Position numbers and translations under genes: made by a program. The notes below the pieces were generated by a model that worked only from the letters and a program-made list of their open reading frames with translations, did not search any database and had not been told where the DNA came from. From Macrostomum lignano (lineage: Eukaryota), in NCBI GenBank assembly GCA_002269645.1, contig NIVC01000873.1, positions 1 through 64,000 on the forward strand: a stretch of DNA of 64,000 nt, written 5' to 3'. Positions 12,990 through 25,635 of the stretch are shown here, piece by piece (position 1 is the first letter of the stretch; every line of letters starts with the position of its first letter).

Positions 12990-15230
12990 AAATGTAGTTT
13001 AATCGAGGAGAATTAGAATCTAGTTTAATAGTGGAGAATTACAATCTAGTTTAATCGAGGAGAATTAGAATCTAGTTTAATCAAGGAGAATTAAAATGTA
13101 ATTTAATCGAGGGGAATAACAATCTAGTTTAATCGAGGAGAATTACAATCTAGTTTAATCGAGGAGAATTAAAATGTAATTTAATCGAGGGGAATAACAA
13201 TCTAGTTTAATCGAGGAGAATTACAATCTAGTTTAATCGAGGAGAATTAGAATCTAGTTTAATCGAGGAGAATTAGAATCTAGTTTAATCGAGGAGAATT
13301 ACAATCTAGTTTAATCGGGGAGAATTAGAATCGAGTTTAATCGAGGAGAATTACAATCTAGTTTAATCGGGGAGAATTACAATCTAGTTTAATCGAGGAG
13401 AATTACAATCTAGTTTAATCGAGGAGAATTACAATCTAGTTTAATCGAGGAGAATTACAATCTAGTTTAATCGAAGAGAATTAGAATCTAGTTTAATCGA
13501 GGAGAATTACAATCTAGTTTAATCGAAGAGAATTAGAATCTAGTTTAATCAAGGAGAATTAAAATGTAATTTAATCGAGGGGAATAACAATCTAGTTTAA
13601 TCGAGGAGAATTACAATCTAGTTTAATCGAGGAGAATTAAAATGTAATTTAATCGAGGGGAATAACAATCTAGTTTAATCGAGGAGAATTACAATCTAGT
13701 TTAATCGAGGAGAATTAGAATCTAGTTTAATCGAGGAGAATTACAATCTAGTTTAATCGGGGAGAATTAGAATCTAGTTTAATCGAGGAGAATTACAATC
13801 TAGTTTAATCGAGGAGAATTACAATCTAGTTTAATCGGGGAGAATTACAATCTAGTTTAATCGAGGAGAATTACAATCTAGTTTAATCGAGGAGAATTAC
13901 AATCTAGTTTAATCGAGGAGAATTACAATCTAGTTTAATCGAGGAGAATTACAATCTAGTTTAATCGAGGAGAATTACAATCTAGTTTAATCGAAGAGAA
14001 TTAGAATCTAGTTTAATCGAGGAGAATTACAATCTAGTTTAATCGAAGAGAATTAGAATCTAGTTTAATCGAGGAGAATTACAATCTAGTTTAATCGGGG
14101 AGAATTAGAATCGAGTTTAATCAAGGAGAATTACAATCTAGTTTAATCGGGGAGAATTAGAATCTAGTTTAATCGAGGAGAATTACAATCTAGTTTAATC
14201 GGGGAGAATTACAATCTAGTTTAATCGAGGAGAATTACAATCTAGTTTAATCGAGGAGAATTACAATCTAGTTTAATCGAGGAGAATTACAATCTAGTTT
14301 AATCGAGGAGAATTACAATCTAGTTTAATCGAGGAGAATTACAATCTAGTTTAATCGAAGAGAATTAGAATCTAGTTTAATCGAGGAGAATTACAATCTA
14401 GTTTAATCGAAGAGAATTAGAATCTAGTTTAATCGAGGAGAATTACAATCTAGTTTAATCGGGGAGAATTAGAATCGAGTTTAATCGAAGAGAATTAGAA
14501 TCTAGTTTAATCGAGGAGAATTACAATCTAGTTTAATCGAAGAGAATTAGAATCTAGTTTAATCGAGGAGAATTACAATCTAGTTTAATCGGGGAGAATT
14601 AGAATCGAGTTTAATCAAGGAGAATTACAATCTAGTTTAATCGGGGAGAATTAGAATCTAGTTTAATCGAGGAGAATTACAATCTAGTTTAATCGAGGAG
14701 AATTACAATCTAGTTTAATCGAAGAGAATTAGAATCTAGTTTAATCGAGGAGAATTACAATCTAGTTTAATCGAGGAGAATTACAATCTAGTTTAATCGA
14801 GGAGAATTAGAATCTAGTTTAATCGAGGAGAATTAGAATCTAGTTTAATCGAGGAGAATTACAATCTAGTTTAATTGAGGAGAATTACAATCTAGTTTAA
14901 TCGAAGAGAATTAGAATCTAGTTTAATCGAGGAGAATTACAATCTAGTTTAATCGAGGAGAATTACAATCTAGTTTAATCGAAGAGAATTAGAATCTAGT
15001 TTAATCGAGGAGAATTAGAATCTAGTTTAATCGAGGAGAATTACAATCTAGTTTAATCGGGGAGAATTAGAATCTAGTTTAATCGAGGAGAATTACAATC
15101 TAGTTTAATCGAGGAGAATTACAATCTAGTTTAATCGGGGAGAATTACAATCTAGTTTAATCGAGGAGAATTACAATCTAGTTTAATCGAGGAGAATTAT
15201 AGTTTAATAGAGGGGAATGAATTACAATCT
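12990..15230. repeat. 26-bp satellite (AATCGAGGAGAATTACAATCTAGTTT), ~85 units
   Basis: Direct inspection; variant units recur in blocks. Confidence 0.97.
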
Positions 15231-15819
15231 AGTTAATCAACGGGATCATCATTTGTGTTTAGTCAAGGGGATTACAGTCCAGGGGGAATTACTGAATAAA
15301 TTAATGAGAAACAGCTGGAATTCCGGTATCTGACCACAAAAAATACTCTAAGCCAACAGTACCCACCCTCGGGCGAAATGAGTTAGCAATTGTTACTGCG
15401 GATATAACCTGCATTAACCCCACCCGAACACCTGTGACAGTTCGTCAAGACTCTGCGCCGTCCTCCCAGATCCCCATTGGGAAATAACGAATGCAAAGTG
15501 GATCACGGGGCCACAGCAAAGTTGCAAAGCAAAACAGAAGAGCTTAAGGCTTGGCTAAAAAAGGTCACGTATTATGGTGGGACGGAAAAAGCAAAACTAT
15601 CCAGGTCTTTGTCATAGGCATAATTTGATTCGATCTATGATGTAGCGGCCACCGCCTGACCCTCCTCTGCCAGCCCCGGGAACAGCTGCCATCCTTGAAC
15701 TAATTAGATTTCACTGGTCAGGCCATGATACTGCTGATTCAGCCTGCGCTTCTGCTTCTCATAATTTCACTCCGCTTCTCAGTTTCACAGCCTCATCATT
15801 CTACTCTAGCTTATACTGT

Positions 15820-16160
15820 AGTCTCATATCCTCTCTCTACTTCTCTAAGGTTATACCGAAGTCTCATATCCTCTCTCTACTTCTCTTCTTAGTAGTCTCA
15901 TATCCTCTCTCTACTTCTCTAGCTTATACCGCAGTCTCATATCCTCTCTCTACTTCTCTAAAGTTATACTGAAGTCTCATATCCTCTCTCTACTTCTCTT
16001 CTTAGTAGTCTCATCCTTTCTCTACTTCTCTCTTAAGTTGTCTCATATCCTATCTCTACTTCTTCCTCTAGTATAGTCTCATAACTTCTCTCCTTCTTTC
16101 TCTCTCTCTCTCTTCTGTCTCTCTCTCTCTCTCTTCTGTCTCTCTCTCTCTATCTCTTAG
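15820..16160. repeat. Degenerate CT-rich tandem repeat (core GTCTCATATCCTCTCTCTACTTCTCT) decaying into (CT)n
   Basis: About 7 imperfect units. Confidence 0.8.
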
Positions 16161-16732
16161 GCTCGAATCCTCACTCTACCTCTCTCAGTGTCTAGAGCCT
16201 GCATTCAGAACACGAGAGCCCCATTCAAGAGACACAGCAAGCATGCAACGAACAAGTCAGAAATATTTTGCAAATTACATGCAAAGATTTTTTAATGCAA
16301 AACAATCTGTTGCATCGCGCGCTTGCAGCTTATCCGCAATTCCGTGGGTTCAGGGCAAGGAGATTATTGACAGAGCTGACCCACCTCTGACGCCGCGGTG
16401 TCACTTGCGAAGGATTCCCTCACACCTGGTCACCCGCATGACAATCAGCGGTCATCCCCAGCCACCCCCCGCCCTCCGCCGCGGCTGTTGCGGTCGCGAA
16501 GGCCCGCCTCTCCGCATCTCCGCCTCTCGGCTGGTTGTTCGTTCAATTTTCCTTAAAACAACAGGCAAATTGGTCCGCTTCCCCGGCAACTCCAGCACCG
16601 AGGGTGGGGGCCGGGTCAGTGGCAGCTGCAAGGACAACAAGAAACCGGAATTGGAGGAGTATTCGCTGCTGGAAAGCAACTCAATCTGTTAATGATGAGT
16701 CGATGAGGCGAGGTTCGGCTTTTTCAAACTCG

Positions 16733-17812
16733 AGAGAGAGATCAGAGAGGGAGAGGAGAGATCAGAGAGGGAGAGAAGAGATCAGAGAGGGAGATCAGAG
16801 ATCAGAGAGGGAGATCAGAGATCAGAGAGGGAGAGGAGAGATCAGAGAGGGAGAGGAGAGATCAGAGAGGGAGATGAGAGATCAGAGAGGGAGATGAGAG
16901 ATCAGAGAGGGAGAGGAGAGATCAGAGAGGGAGAGAAGAGATCAGAGAGGGAGATCAGAGATCAGAGAGGGAGATCAGAGATCGGAGAGGGAGATCAGAG
17001 ATCAGAGAGGGAGAGGAGAGATCAGAGAGAGAGAGGAGAGATCAGAGAGGGAGAGGAGAGATCAGAGAGGGAGAGGAGAGATCAGAGAGGGAGAGGAGAG
17101 ATCAGAGAGGGAGAGGAGAGATCAGAGAGGGAGAGGAGAGATCAGAGAGGGAGAGGAGAGATCAGAGAGGGAGAGGAGAGATCAGAGAGGGAGAGGAGAG
17201 ATCAGAGAGGGAGATCAGAGATCAGAGAGGGAGATCAAAGATCAGAGAGGGAGATCAGAGATCAGAGAGGGAGAGGAAAGATCAGGGAGGGAGAGGAGAG
17301 ATCAGAGAGGGAGAGGAGAGATCAGAGAGGGAGAGGAGAGATCAGAGAGGGAGATCAGAGATCAGAGAGGGAGATCAGAGATCAGAGAGGGAGAGGAGAG
17401 ATCAGAGAGGGAGATGAGAGATCAGAGAGGGAGATCAGAGATCAGAGAGGGAGAGGAGAGATCAGAGAGGGAGAGGAGAGATCAGAGAGGGAGAGGAGAG
17501 ATCAGAGAGGGAGAGGAGAGATCAGAGAGGGAGAGGAGAGATCAGAGAGGGTGAGGAGAGATCAGAGAGGGAGATGAGAGATTAGAGAGGGAGAGGAGAG
17601 ATCAAAGAGGGAGAGGAGAGATCAGAGAGGGAGATCAGAGATCAGAGAGGGAGATCAGAGATCAGAGAGGGAGAGGAGAGATCAGAGAGGGAGAGGAGAG
17701 ATCAGAGAGGGAGAGGAGAGATCAGAGAGGGAGATCAGAGATCAGAGAGGGAGATCAGAGATCAGAAAGGGAGAGGAGAGATCAGAGAGGGAGAGGAGAG
17801 ATCAGAGAGGGA
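16733..17812. repeat. 20-bp purine-rich minisatellite (ATCAGAGAGGGAGAGGAGAG)
   Basis: Direct inspection; explains the R/E-rich ORF 16894-17577. Confidence 0.96.
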
Positions 17813-19534
17813 GCGCAGGATATAGGGGAGCAGTACAGGAGACGGCGGGGCAGTGCAAGCTGCAGACCAGCAACTTGTGCATGCCCTTATGAATCGGGTT
17901 TCAAATTCATGGTGGGTTATGCAGGACGCATGGGATGTCATTAAGCTGTTCCCATTCAATCCAGAGCTGTCACTGCTGCGCCGCCTCTCATCATTCGATC
18001 AGCTGTCATCTCCCAATGCGGCCTGTTGCCCAGATTGGCGCGCGTGACTGCGGAGCGGGAAAAGTTCGATAACAAGCGCGCACGAACTGCATGCATTTGG
18101 GCCGTCTTAGCCGAATATTTTGTGCTTAGCTGGAGAAATCTGGGAAGAAAAATTTGCCTTTTGTCACGCATCTGGGCCTGGGGGCGGCAGATGAACGGGA
18201 GAATTCTCCTCAGTCAGTGTTGTTGTTCTTTGCTTCCTTGTAATAACCCTTATAGATGTACCCAAGAAGGATTAGGGCTGATGGGCCTCAACTTCTGTTG
18301 CGCCCGACCCGCTACTGACAGATGAAAAATTAGATTTTCCAAAACTTGAGAGTCTCTGATGACGGCAGCGGCGGCAGAAACGAATCGAATGTCTGTTCTT
18401 TAACGAATTTGCATGCCAGAATATCGAGTTGGACAGGTGTGCGTCCTCCAGCGATTGCGCTTGTCTATGGTAAAAAAGCACAGTCCCGCCTGGCATTGTC
18501 AGCCTCATCATCATAAAAACAGCAGCCGCCGCACCCACAGATTTATTAGGGGGGGCCTCCGCCTCTTTGTCGCGGCCTGCAGGTCCTCCTGCCCTGGACA
18601 GGCATGGGACAATGGCCTGTTATATCAATTGCCAGACATGATAAGCAGCGAGAAAAAAATTGGACACAGAATGGACCGCAGCGGGTTTCACGCTTTTGCC
18701 ACTGCCTGGCTGACGGCCTGCGCGTGTCAACAGGCTGGTGGGGGGGGGGAGTGGCACCAAAACCGCATCATTTTTAGCATCTTTGTCCCGTGAATGATGA
18801 AGATGTGACCGTCACAGACTCCCCCACGCCATACCCCTCCCCCCCACCTCCCGCATACTCGGTAAATTGCCGCAATGTTTCCGCCAGCACAGACGCCGTG
18901 TATGCAGATTCTCTGCCTCATCAATCCTGATCTCTCATCTCTTTCTCGCTATCTCGCTCTCTCCTCACCATTCGAAACTCTCTTGGGACACTTCGTTGCT
19001 GACGTCGCTGTCGGGCTGAGCCGATGGTCTCCAGTGTCCGGCAATGCTTGCTATCCGATTATCTGCGTCCCCAACTGCTGCCGGCTCCGCCCCCTCAGGG
19101 ACGCTACGAAGAGTTTTTTCCCCAATTCCCACCCGCCTCCCAGCCCTGGCCGGGCCAATCAGCGCTCGGGCTGGCCAACTTCTATTGGGTGGTGCCAGAG
19201 ATGATGGGGGCAGCCAAGGAGGCTGCAATGTGAGCGGCGGCGAAAATTCGGAGTCTGAGGGGGGTTGGGGAAGGAGGTGATGGGGGGTGGGCGGGTGCCA
19301 TGCAGCCTCGGCCGCCCCGCCGCAGCCACACGCTAACAGCTTCCCAGAGCCCGCCTCAGCCCGCGACATCCTCTTTAAAATAATCCCCAGCCCCTAACCC
19401 GGTTAGCGGTCTCCGAGCAGCTGCCACCCCAGAGCCTCATTGCGAATTCCGCGGCAACAACCACCGGAAAAAATATATATATCGATAATACGTCGGCTCA
19501 GTGTTTCTGGGATCCCAAGAGAAAGTGGTGCATC

Positions 19535-22500
19535 ATGTTGGCCAGGCCGAAAAAGTCATTCTTCATTCGGGACATTCTTCTCGATGATTCGCCGCCGCCG
19601 CAGCAGCAGCAGCAGCAGCAACAGTTCTCTCATCAGCATCAGGTTGGCGGTGCGGCTTTTGCTGCTTTTGCTCAAGCAGCTGCGGCGGCGGCTGCGGCTG
19701 CTGCGGCTGCTGCGGCTGCCAAGCACCATCAGCAGCGACATCAACAACAGCAGCAAAAACAGCAACAGCAGCAGCAGCAGCAATCGCCTCAGCAGCAACA
19801 ACAGCAGCATTCACCCTTGGATCAGCTGATGCGCCTGACCAAAAGCACTCTGCAGGGTCTGGACTACGATTTGAAGAACAACGGTAAGCAATTGATTCAT
19901 TTTGTGCACTGGTAGTGTATTTCAGTCATGGACACCTGAAGTCAGGGGCAATTGATTTTCTTAGAAATGAACTGGATTCGATTGGAATTTGTCTATGGCG
20001 AAACCCCAATAAGCGCTATGCGTTCTCCAGAGCATACTAAATGCATCGGAGATATGATATATATACACTCCTTACCGACCTCCTGTTAATTTCTAGAAAA
20101 ATAAAGTTTAGCGTCCTTTAAGTGTCCGCGGCTTTAAACAGTTGCTTCTAGTTCAAAATGTAGCGCTTTGCAGCACTCCTCTATCCTTGATAAGATCTCC
20201 CCAGATCCTTGATGGATCTCCCCAGATCCTTGATAGATCTCCTCAGCTCCTTGATAGATCTCCCCAGCTCCTTGATAAATCTCCTCAGATCCTTAATAGA
20301 TCTCCTCAGATCCTTGATAGATCTCCTCAGATCCTTGATAGATCTCCTCAGCTCCTTGATAGATCTCCTCAGATCCTTGATGATCTCCTCAGATCCTTGA
20401 TAGCTCTCTTCAGATCCTTGATAGATCTCCTCAGCTCCTCGATAGATCTCCCCAGCTCCTTGATAAATCTCCTCAGATCCTTATTAGATCTCCTCAGATC
20501 CTTGATAGATCTCCTCAGATCCTTGATAGATCTCCTCAGCTCCTTGATAGATCTCCTCAGATCCTTGATGATCTCCTCAGATCCTTGATAGCTCTCTTCA
20601 GATCATTGATAGATCTCCTCAGATCCTTGATAGATCTCCTCAGATCCTTGATGATCTCCTCAGATCCTTGATAGATCTCTTCAGATCATTGATAGATCTC
20701 CTCAGATCTTTGATAGATCTCCTCAGATCTTTGATAGGTCTCCTCAGATACTTGATAGATCTCTTCAGATCTTTGATAGGTCTCCTCAGATACTTGATAG
20801 ATCTCTTCAGATCTTTGATAGATCTCCTCAGATACTTGATAGATCTCCTCAGATCCTTGATAGCTCTCTTCAGATCCTTGATAGATCTCCTCAGATCCTT
20901 GATAGCTCTCTTCAGATACTTGATAGATCTCCTCAGATCCTTGATGATCTCTCCAGATCCTTGATAGGTCTCCTCAGATCTTTGATAGATCTCCTCAGAT
21001 ACTTGATAGCATCGTCCTTAGAATTTCTCAGAAGCATCTGACCAAAGAATAATCTCAGCAGTACAGATGGCTAAAATTTCCAATATTGTCATAAAAGCAG
21101 AAACGCACACAGATTAGTGCCCACTGCCTCGCTCTCCAACATAGGCAAGTACTGACACTTGTTTCATTTGTTTATTCAATTCAAGCAAGTTGATTCAGCA
21201 CCCCACCCTCAGCCTGCCAATACACTGCTGCGGATATAATAAAGAGGAGGGAACACACGGCTGTTTGGGCTCGCACTTGGAGTTTATCCCCATGGTTCTG
21301 GACCGCTAATCCCCCATGCCCGTTCGGACAGCTTTTGACTGGCACTGTCTGTCACTTCTGCCCGGTTCAAGTGGGCCCCGCCATCTCTCCTGTTCTGTCA
21401 ATCGTGACAAGCAGAAACGGCTGCAAGCTTGCCGGGTTGTCGCCGCCTGCGCTACGGTTGTTATCCCTTCTTGTTTGTCCTCAGCTCGACGCTGCGGGGC
21501 CCTTGGCCGCATCGATATGGATGGGGGGGATAGATGAGGATTCTGTCGGGGATTTCTGCTCCCAAGGATTTACCAGAGACAGAGGGCTTCTTCTACTGTT
21601 GAGGTTTTCCTCATTTTTAGCTGAGACCGTGAAGCCAGCGTGGGAGAGGGGGCCGGAGCGGGTGGGCAATTTCAAATGTCATTGGTAATGACGCTTGACG
21701 TGAACGGCTGCGCTAGGCCTTGCGCGCGGGTCAGTATTTCTATAAATATTTTTCTAGGAATGGGGGACTTGTTATCTAATGCTTATCAACACAGGGTGCG
21801 CGACGGCCTCTTGGCGGCCGGGTAAACACGCTGCGGTGCAACTGCAATCCTTCATCCAAGCTGCGGATGGCGGGGGGGACTGACTGACTGAGGATTTCCC
21901 CTATCGGGCTGCGGAGCGGGAGACAAGTTTTGGGGACAGGAATGGACCGAAGCCACTCTCGCTCAATGACACCTTAAATCGCGGATGACACACAGATTCC
22001 GACAAAGAGAATGGAGTAAGTAGTATAGGCAATATAGATATGGGATAGATATCCTTCAATTTGGAAGTCGCCAGCTTGACAAATTTACTTTAAGATAAGA
22101 GCTCAGCCTTCCTAATTACCGTCCGGGAAGCCCTCAGATTCCTCCTGTTCCTGACGCCAGAGCTGCAAATTTATTCAGAAGGCACCATGGCAAAGCAGGC
22201 GACGCTCGTTTGTCTTCAGTTTGTCCGATGCAATGATAGGCGGAGAAATATGGGTGAAAGTTTAGATTAGTCCGGCGGCCAAACTGAGCTCCCAGCATCA
22301 GATGCGGTCGGAGAGGAGCCACTTAATCAGTCATGTCATTTCCAAAGCAGCGGGGGCCCCCGGTCAGCAGCAAGGTGGACTGCGGTGGAGGCTTCGGGAA
22401 CCGCTGTCAACGGCTGCTGCAGCCAAAGCCAAACTGTTGTGTTTGTGTGTTTGGACAGCGCGCTTGAGGGCTTGGAGATTTATATTACATTTGGCTGCAG

Positions 22501-24319
22501 TTTACAGGAGGCATCGAATTCTGTGAGACGGATTGCCTCTGGTCTGTTTTTTTCGCTGCGTTTTTCTGCTTGGTTTGTCGCCGGCTTTCCTTTCTGCCGA
22601 TGGGTTTGGCTCGAATGTTTTTCATGGAGACAGGAGTGGCGGGCCCACTTTTCCACTGAAATAATACGGCTCTTTGTGATTTTTTCTCTTGTGTTGTTGG
22701 ACAGACAGTGCAAGGGTCTAAAATTCTGATTTCGATCTGATAAAATATGAGAATTTATAGCTCACTAAAAGAGATTTACGTGACTGAGAGGCGAGAAGAG
22801 AGACAAATAAGACACTAGAGAGACACTAGAGAGGGAGAGACAAGAGAGACACGAGAGAGACACGAGAGAGACACGAGAGAGACACGAGAGAGACACGAGA
22901 GAGACACTAGAGAGACACTAGAGAGACACTAGAGAGACACTAGAGAGACACGAGAGAGACACTAGAGAGACACTAGAGAGACACTAGAGAGACACGAGAG
23001 AGACGAGAGAGAGAGAGACAAGAGAGAGACGAGAGAGACACGAGAGAGAGACGAGAGAGACACGAGAGAGAGACGAGAGAGACACGAGAGAGAGACGAGA
23101 GAGACACGAGAGAGACACGAGAGAGACACGAGAGAGAGACGAGAGAGACACGATAGAGAGACGAGAGAGACACGAGAGAGAGACGAGAGAGAGGCGAGAG
23201 AGACACGATAGAGAGACGAGAGAGACACGATAGAGAGACGAGAGAGACACGATAGAGACACTAGAGAGACACGAGAGAGACACGATAGAGAGACGAGAGA
23301 GACACGAGAGAGACACGAGAGAGACACGAGAGAGAGACGAGAGAGAGACGAGAGAGACACGATAGAGAGACGAGAGAGACGATAGAGAGACGAGAGAGAG
23401 ACGAGAGAGACGAGAGAGACACTAGAGAGACACTAGAGAGACACTAGAGAGACACTAGAGAGACACTAGAGAGACGAGAGAGACACGAGAGAGAGACGAG
23501 AGAGAGAGACGAGAGAGACACGATAGAGAGACGAGAGAGACGATAGAGAGACGAGAGAGACACGAGAGAGAGACGAGAGAGACACGAGAGAGACACTAGA
23601 GAGACACTAGAGAGACACTAGAGAGTCTACACGAGAGAGACAGCATAGAGGCACGCGATAAACATGATACAGACATGAATACGCACGCAGTCTTCTCATC
23701 CCCATCGCCCCCCTCTCCATGTGCAGACGCGGACGCCTCCCTGGTGACGCTGTGGTCGGAGAAGAACGGCTTCAGGCGCCGCAGAAAGACCCGCACGGCC
23801 TTCACCAGCAAGCAGCTGAGCGTGCTGGAGGAGCGCTTCCACGAGCAGAAGTACCTCACGCCCAACATGCGCGACGAGATCGCCCAGTCGTTGGGTCTCA
23901 CCAACGCCCAGGTGATCACCTGGTTCCAGAATCGGCGGGCAAAGATGAAGCGCGAGAACGAGGAGCTGAAGAATGACATGCTGGCTACGAGGAGCTCGGC
24001 CGTCGCCACTGATGCCGAAGCTGACCAAGACGACGATCTGGACGATTGCGTCTGCGACGAGGCGGCCGAACTCGCTGCCGAATCGGCGAACGTCGCCGAC
24101 AACGACGCTGAGCTGGACGAGCCGATCAACCTCTCGGCTGACCTCGGCGGCTTCCGCGGCGGCGGAAAGCGCGGCTCGCCGACTTCCTCCTTGGACGAGT
24201 CGGAGCGCGGCGGCTCGCCATCGACTGAGGAGGTCGCAGGCGTCGCTGACGTCGCTTCTCCGCCGAAGCTGTTGAGCGCGAGCCATTTCAAGAAACGGAA
24301 GCTTCTGTCAACGGCCTGA
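19535..24319 (+). CDS. LBX: Ladybird (Lbx) NK-class homeobox transcription factor, 2 exons, ~313 aa
   Basis: Exon 1 19535-19883: eh1-like SFFIRDIL, polyQ/polyA, and SPLDQLMRLTKSTLQGLD, matching the Lbx motif SPLCALEELASKTFKGLE; donor G|GTAAG. Exon 2 23727-24319: acceptor TGCAG|, phase 1 compatible, homeodomain RRKTRTAFTSKQLSVLEERFHEQKYLTPNMRDEIAQSLGLTNAQVITWFQNRRAKMKRENEELKND with Lbx-type helix 3 (VITWFQNRRAK). Confidence 0.93.
20180..21008. repeat. 21-bp minisatellite (CCTCAGATCCTTGATAGATCT) in the Lbx intron
   Basis: Direct inspection. Confidence 0.95.
22790..23640. repeat. ~11-bp GA-rich repeat (GAGAGACACGA/GAGAGACACTA) in the Lbx intron
   Basis: Direct inspection; ends ~85 bp before the splice acceptor. 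Confidence 0.95.
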
Positions 24320-24979
24320 ATAACCCGACGATTGTAAATGGTCAGTGGATCGGGCGGCTGCACAATCCATGCAAAACCAAGCCAGTTCGGATTTGCCGGC
24401 TTTAAATATCTGGCCTGACTGACTACCGTAGAAGAACTGACAAATTATAACAGCTTTATCGCTTTGTACATAACTGTGTGGCTTATGATTCATTTTTTAT
24501 TATATAAAAAAACACACGGCTTTGTTTAATTCGACAATTTATTTGGCAAATGTTATTGTCTACTCGTTTCTATGAAAATTGTTGTACACCGGAATTCTTA
24601 AATTCGTTTTAGCGTACGCCTGCATAGATTATTCCTATGTATTAGATAAAATTACTAATCGGCAATATGAACTGCTCATTGCTATTACAATTTCTCTTTA
24701 TTGATTTTTGCCTCAGCCACCCCACCCTTACCCAGTTTGACTGTAAGAAGTTTCAAAGATAATCTCGATCGTATCAAACGTGCCGGGCTTTTTTCGAAGT
24801 AACTTAATAAAACAAATATTTGCTAAACAACTTTATTGTAACTTCTGCGCTAGGATGGAGTGAGTTTCATCAAAAACCAATTTTGTGTGTGATAGGAGTG
24901 GAATTCTTTGTTTGGTACTATGTACATTTGGTACTACATAATTCTACATTTAGAAAATCTAAAAGATATTTGTGGATTG

Positions 24980-25635
24980 GCGCATGGGATAGATGCAGCA
25001 TGGGATAGGTGAGACTGGGATAGATGAGACTGGGATAGATGAGACTGGGATAGATGAGACTGAGATAGATGAGACTGGGATAGATGCAGCATGGGATAGA
25101 TGAGACTGGGATAGATGAGACTGAGATAGATGAGACTGGGATAGATGAGACTGGGATAGATGCGGCATGGGATAGATGCGGCATGGGATAGATGCAGCAT
25201 GGGATAGATGAGACTGGGATAGATGAGACTGAGATAGATGAGACTGGGATAGATGAGACTGGGATAGATGAGACTGAGATAGATGAGACTGGGATAGATG
25301 AGACTGGGATAGATGCGGCATGGGATAGATGCGGCATGGGATGGATGCGACATGGGATAGATGCGACATGGGATAGATGCGACATGGGATAGATACGGCA
25401 TGGGATTGATGAGACTGGGATAGATGCGGATAGATGCGGCATGGGATAGTTGCGACATGGGATAGATGCGACCTGAGATAGATGCGGCATGGGATAGATA
25501 AGATGAGGGATATAAGCGGATAGATGCGACATGGGATAGACGCGACATGGGATAGATGCGACATGGGATAGATGCAACATGGGATAGATGCGACATGGGA
25601 TAGATGCGACATGGGATAGATGCGACATGGGATAA
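24980..25635. repeat. 15/16-bp minisatellite (GGGATAGATGAGACT / GGGATAGATGCGACAT)
   Basis: Direct inspection. Confidence 0.95.

Noticed and set aside
12990-15230. Regular 26-bp repeats, and the 36-bp array at 57260, as possible CRISPR arrays
   Set aside because: Units are head-to-tail with no unique spacers, there are no cas genes, and the context is eukaryotic. The single 175-bp insert is far longer than a spacer and derives from the adjacent gene.
16894-17577. R/E-rich 227-aa ORF resembling an SR-like protein
   Set aside because: Product of the 20-bp GA-rich minisatellite.
23752-23757. Trp (TLWSEK) upstream of the Lbx homeodomain as a PBX-binding hexapeptide
   Set aside because: A single Trp without YPWM/FPW context; cannot be supported without an alignment of orthologs.
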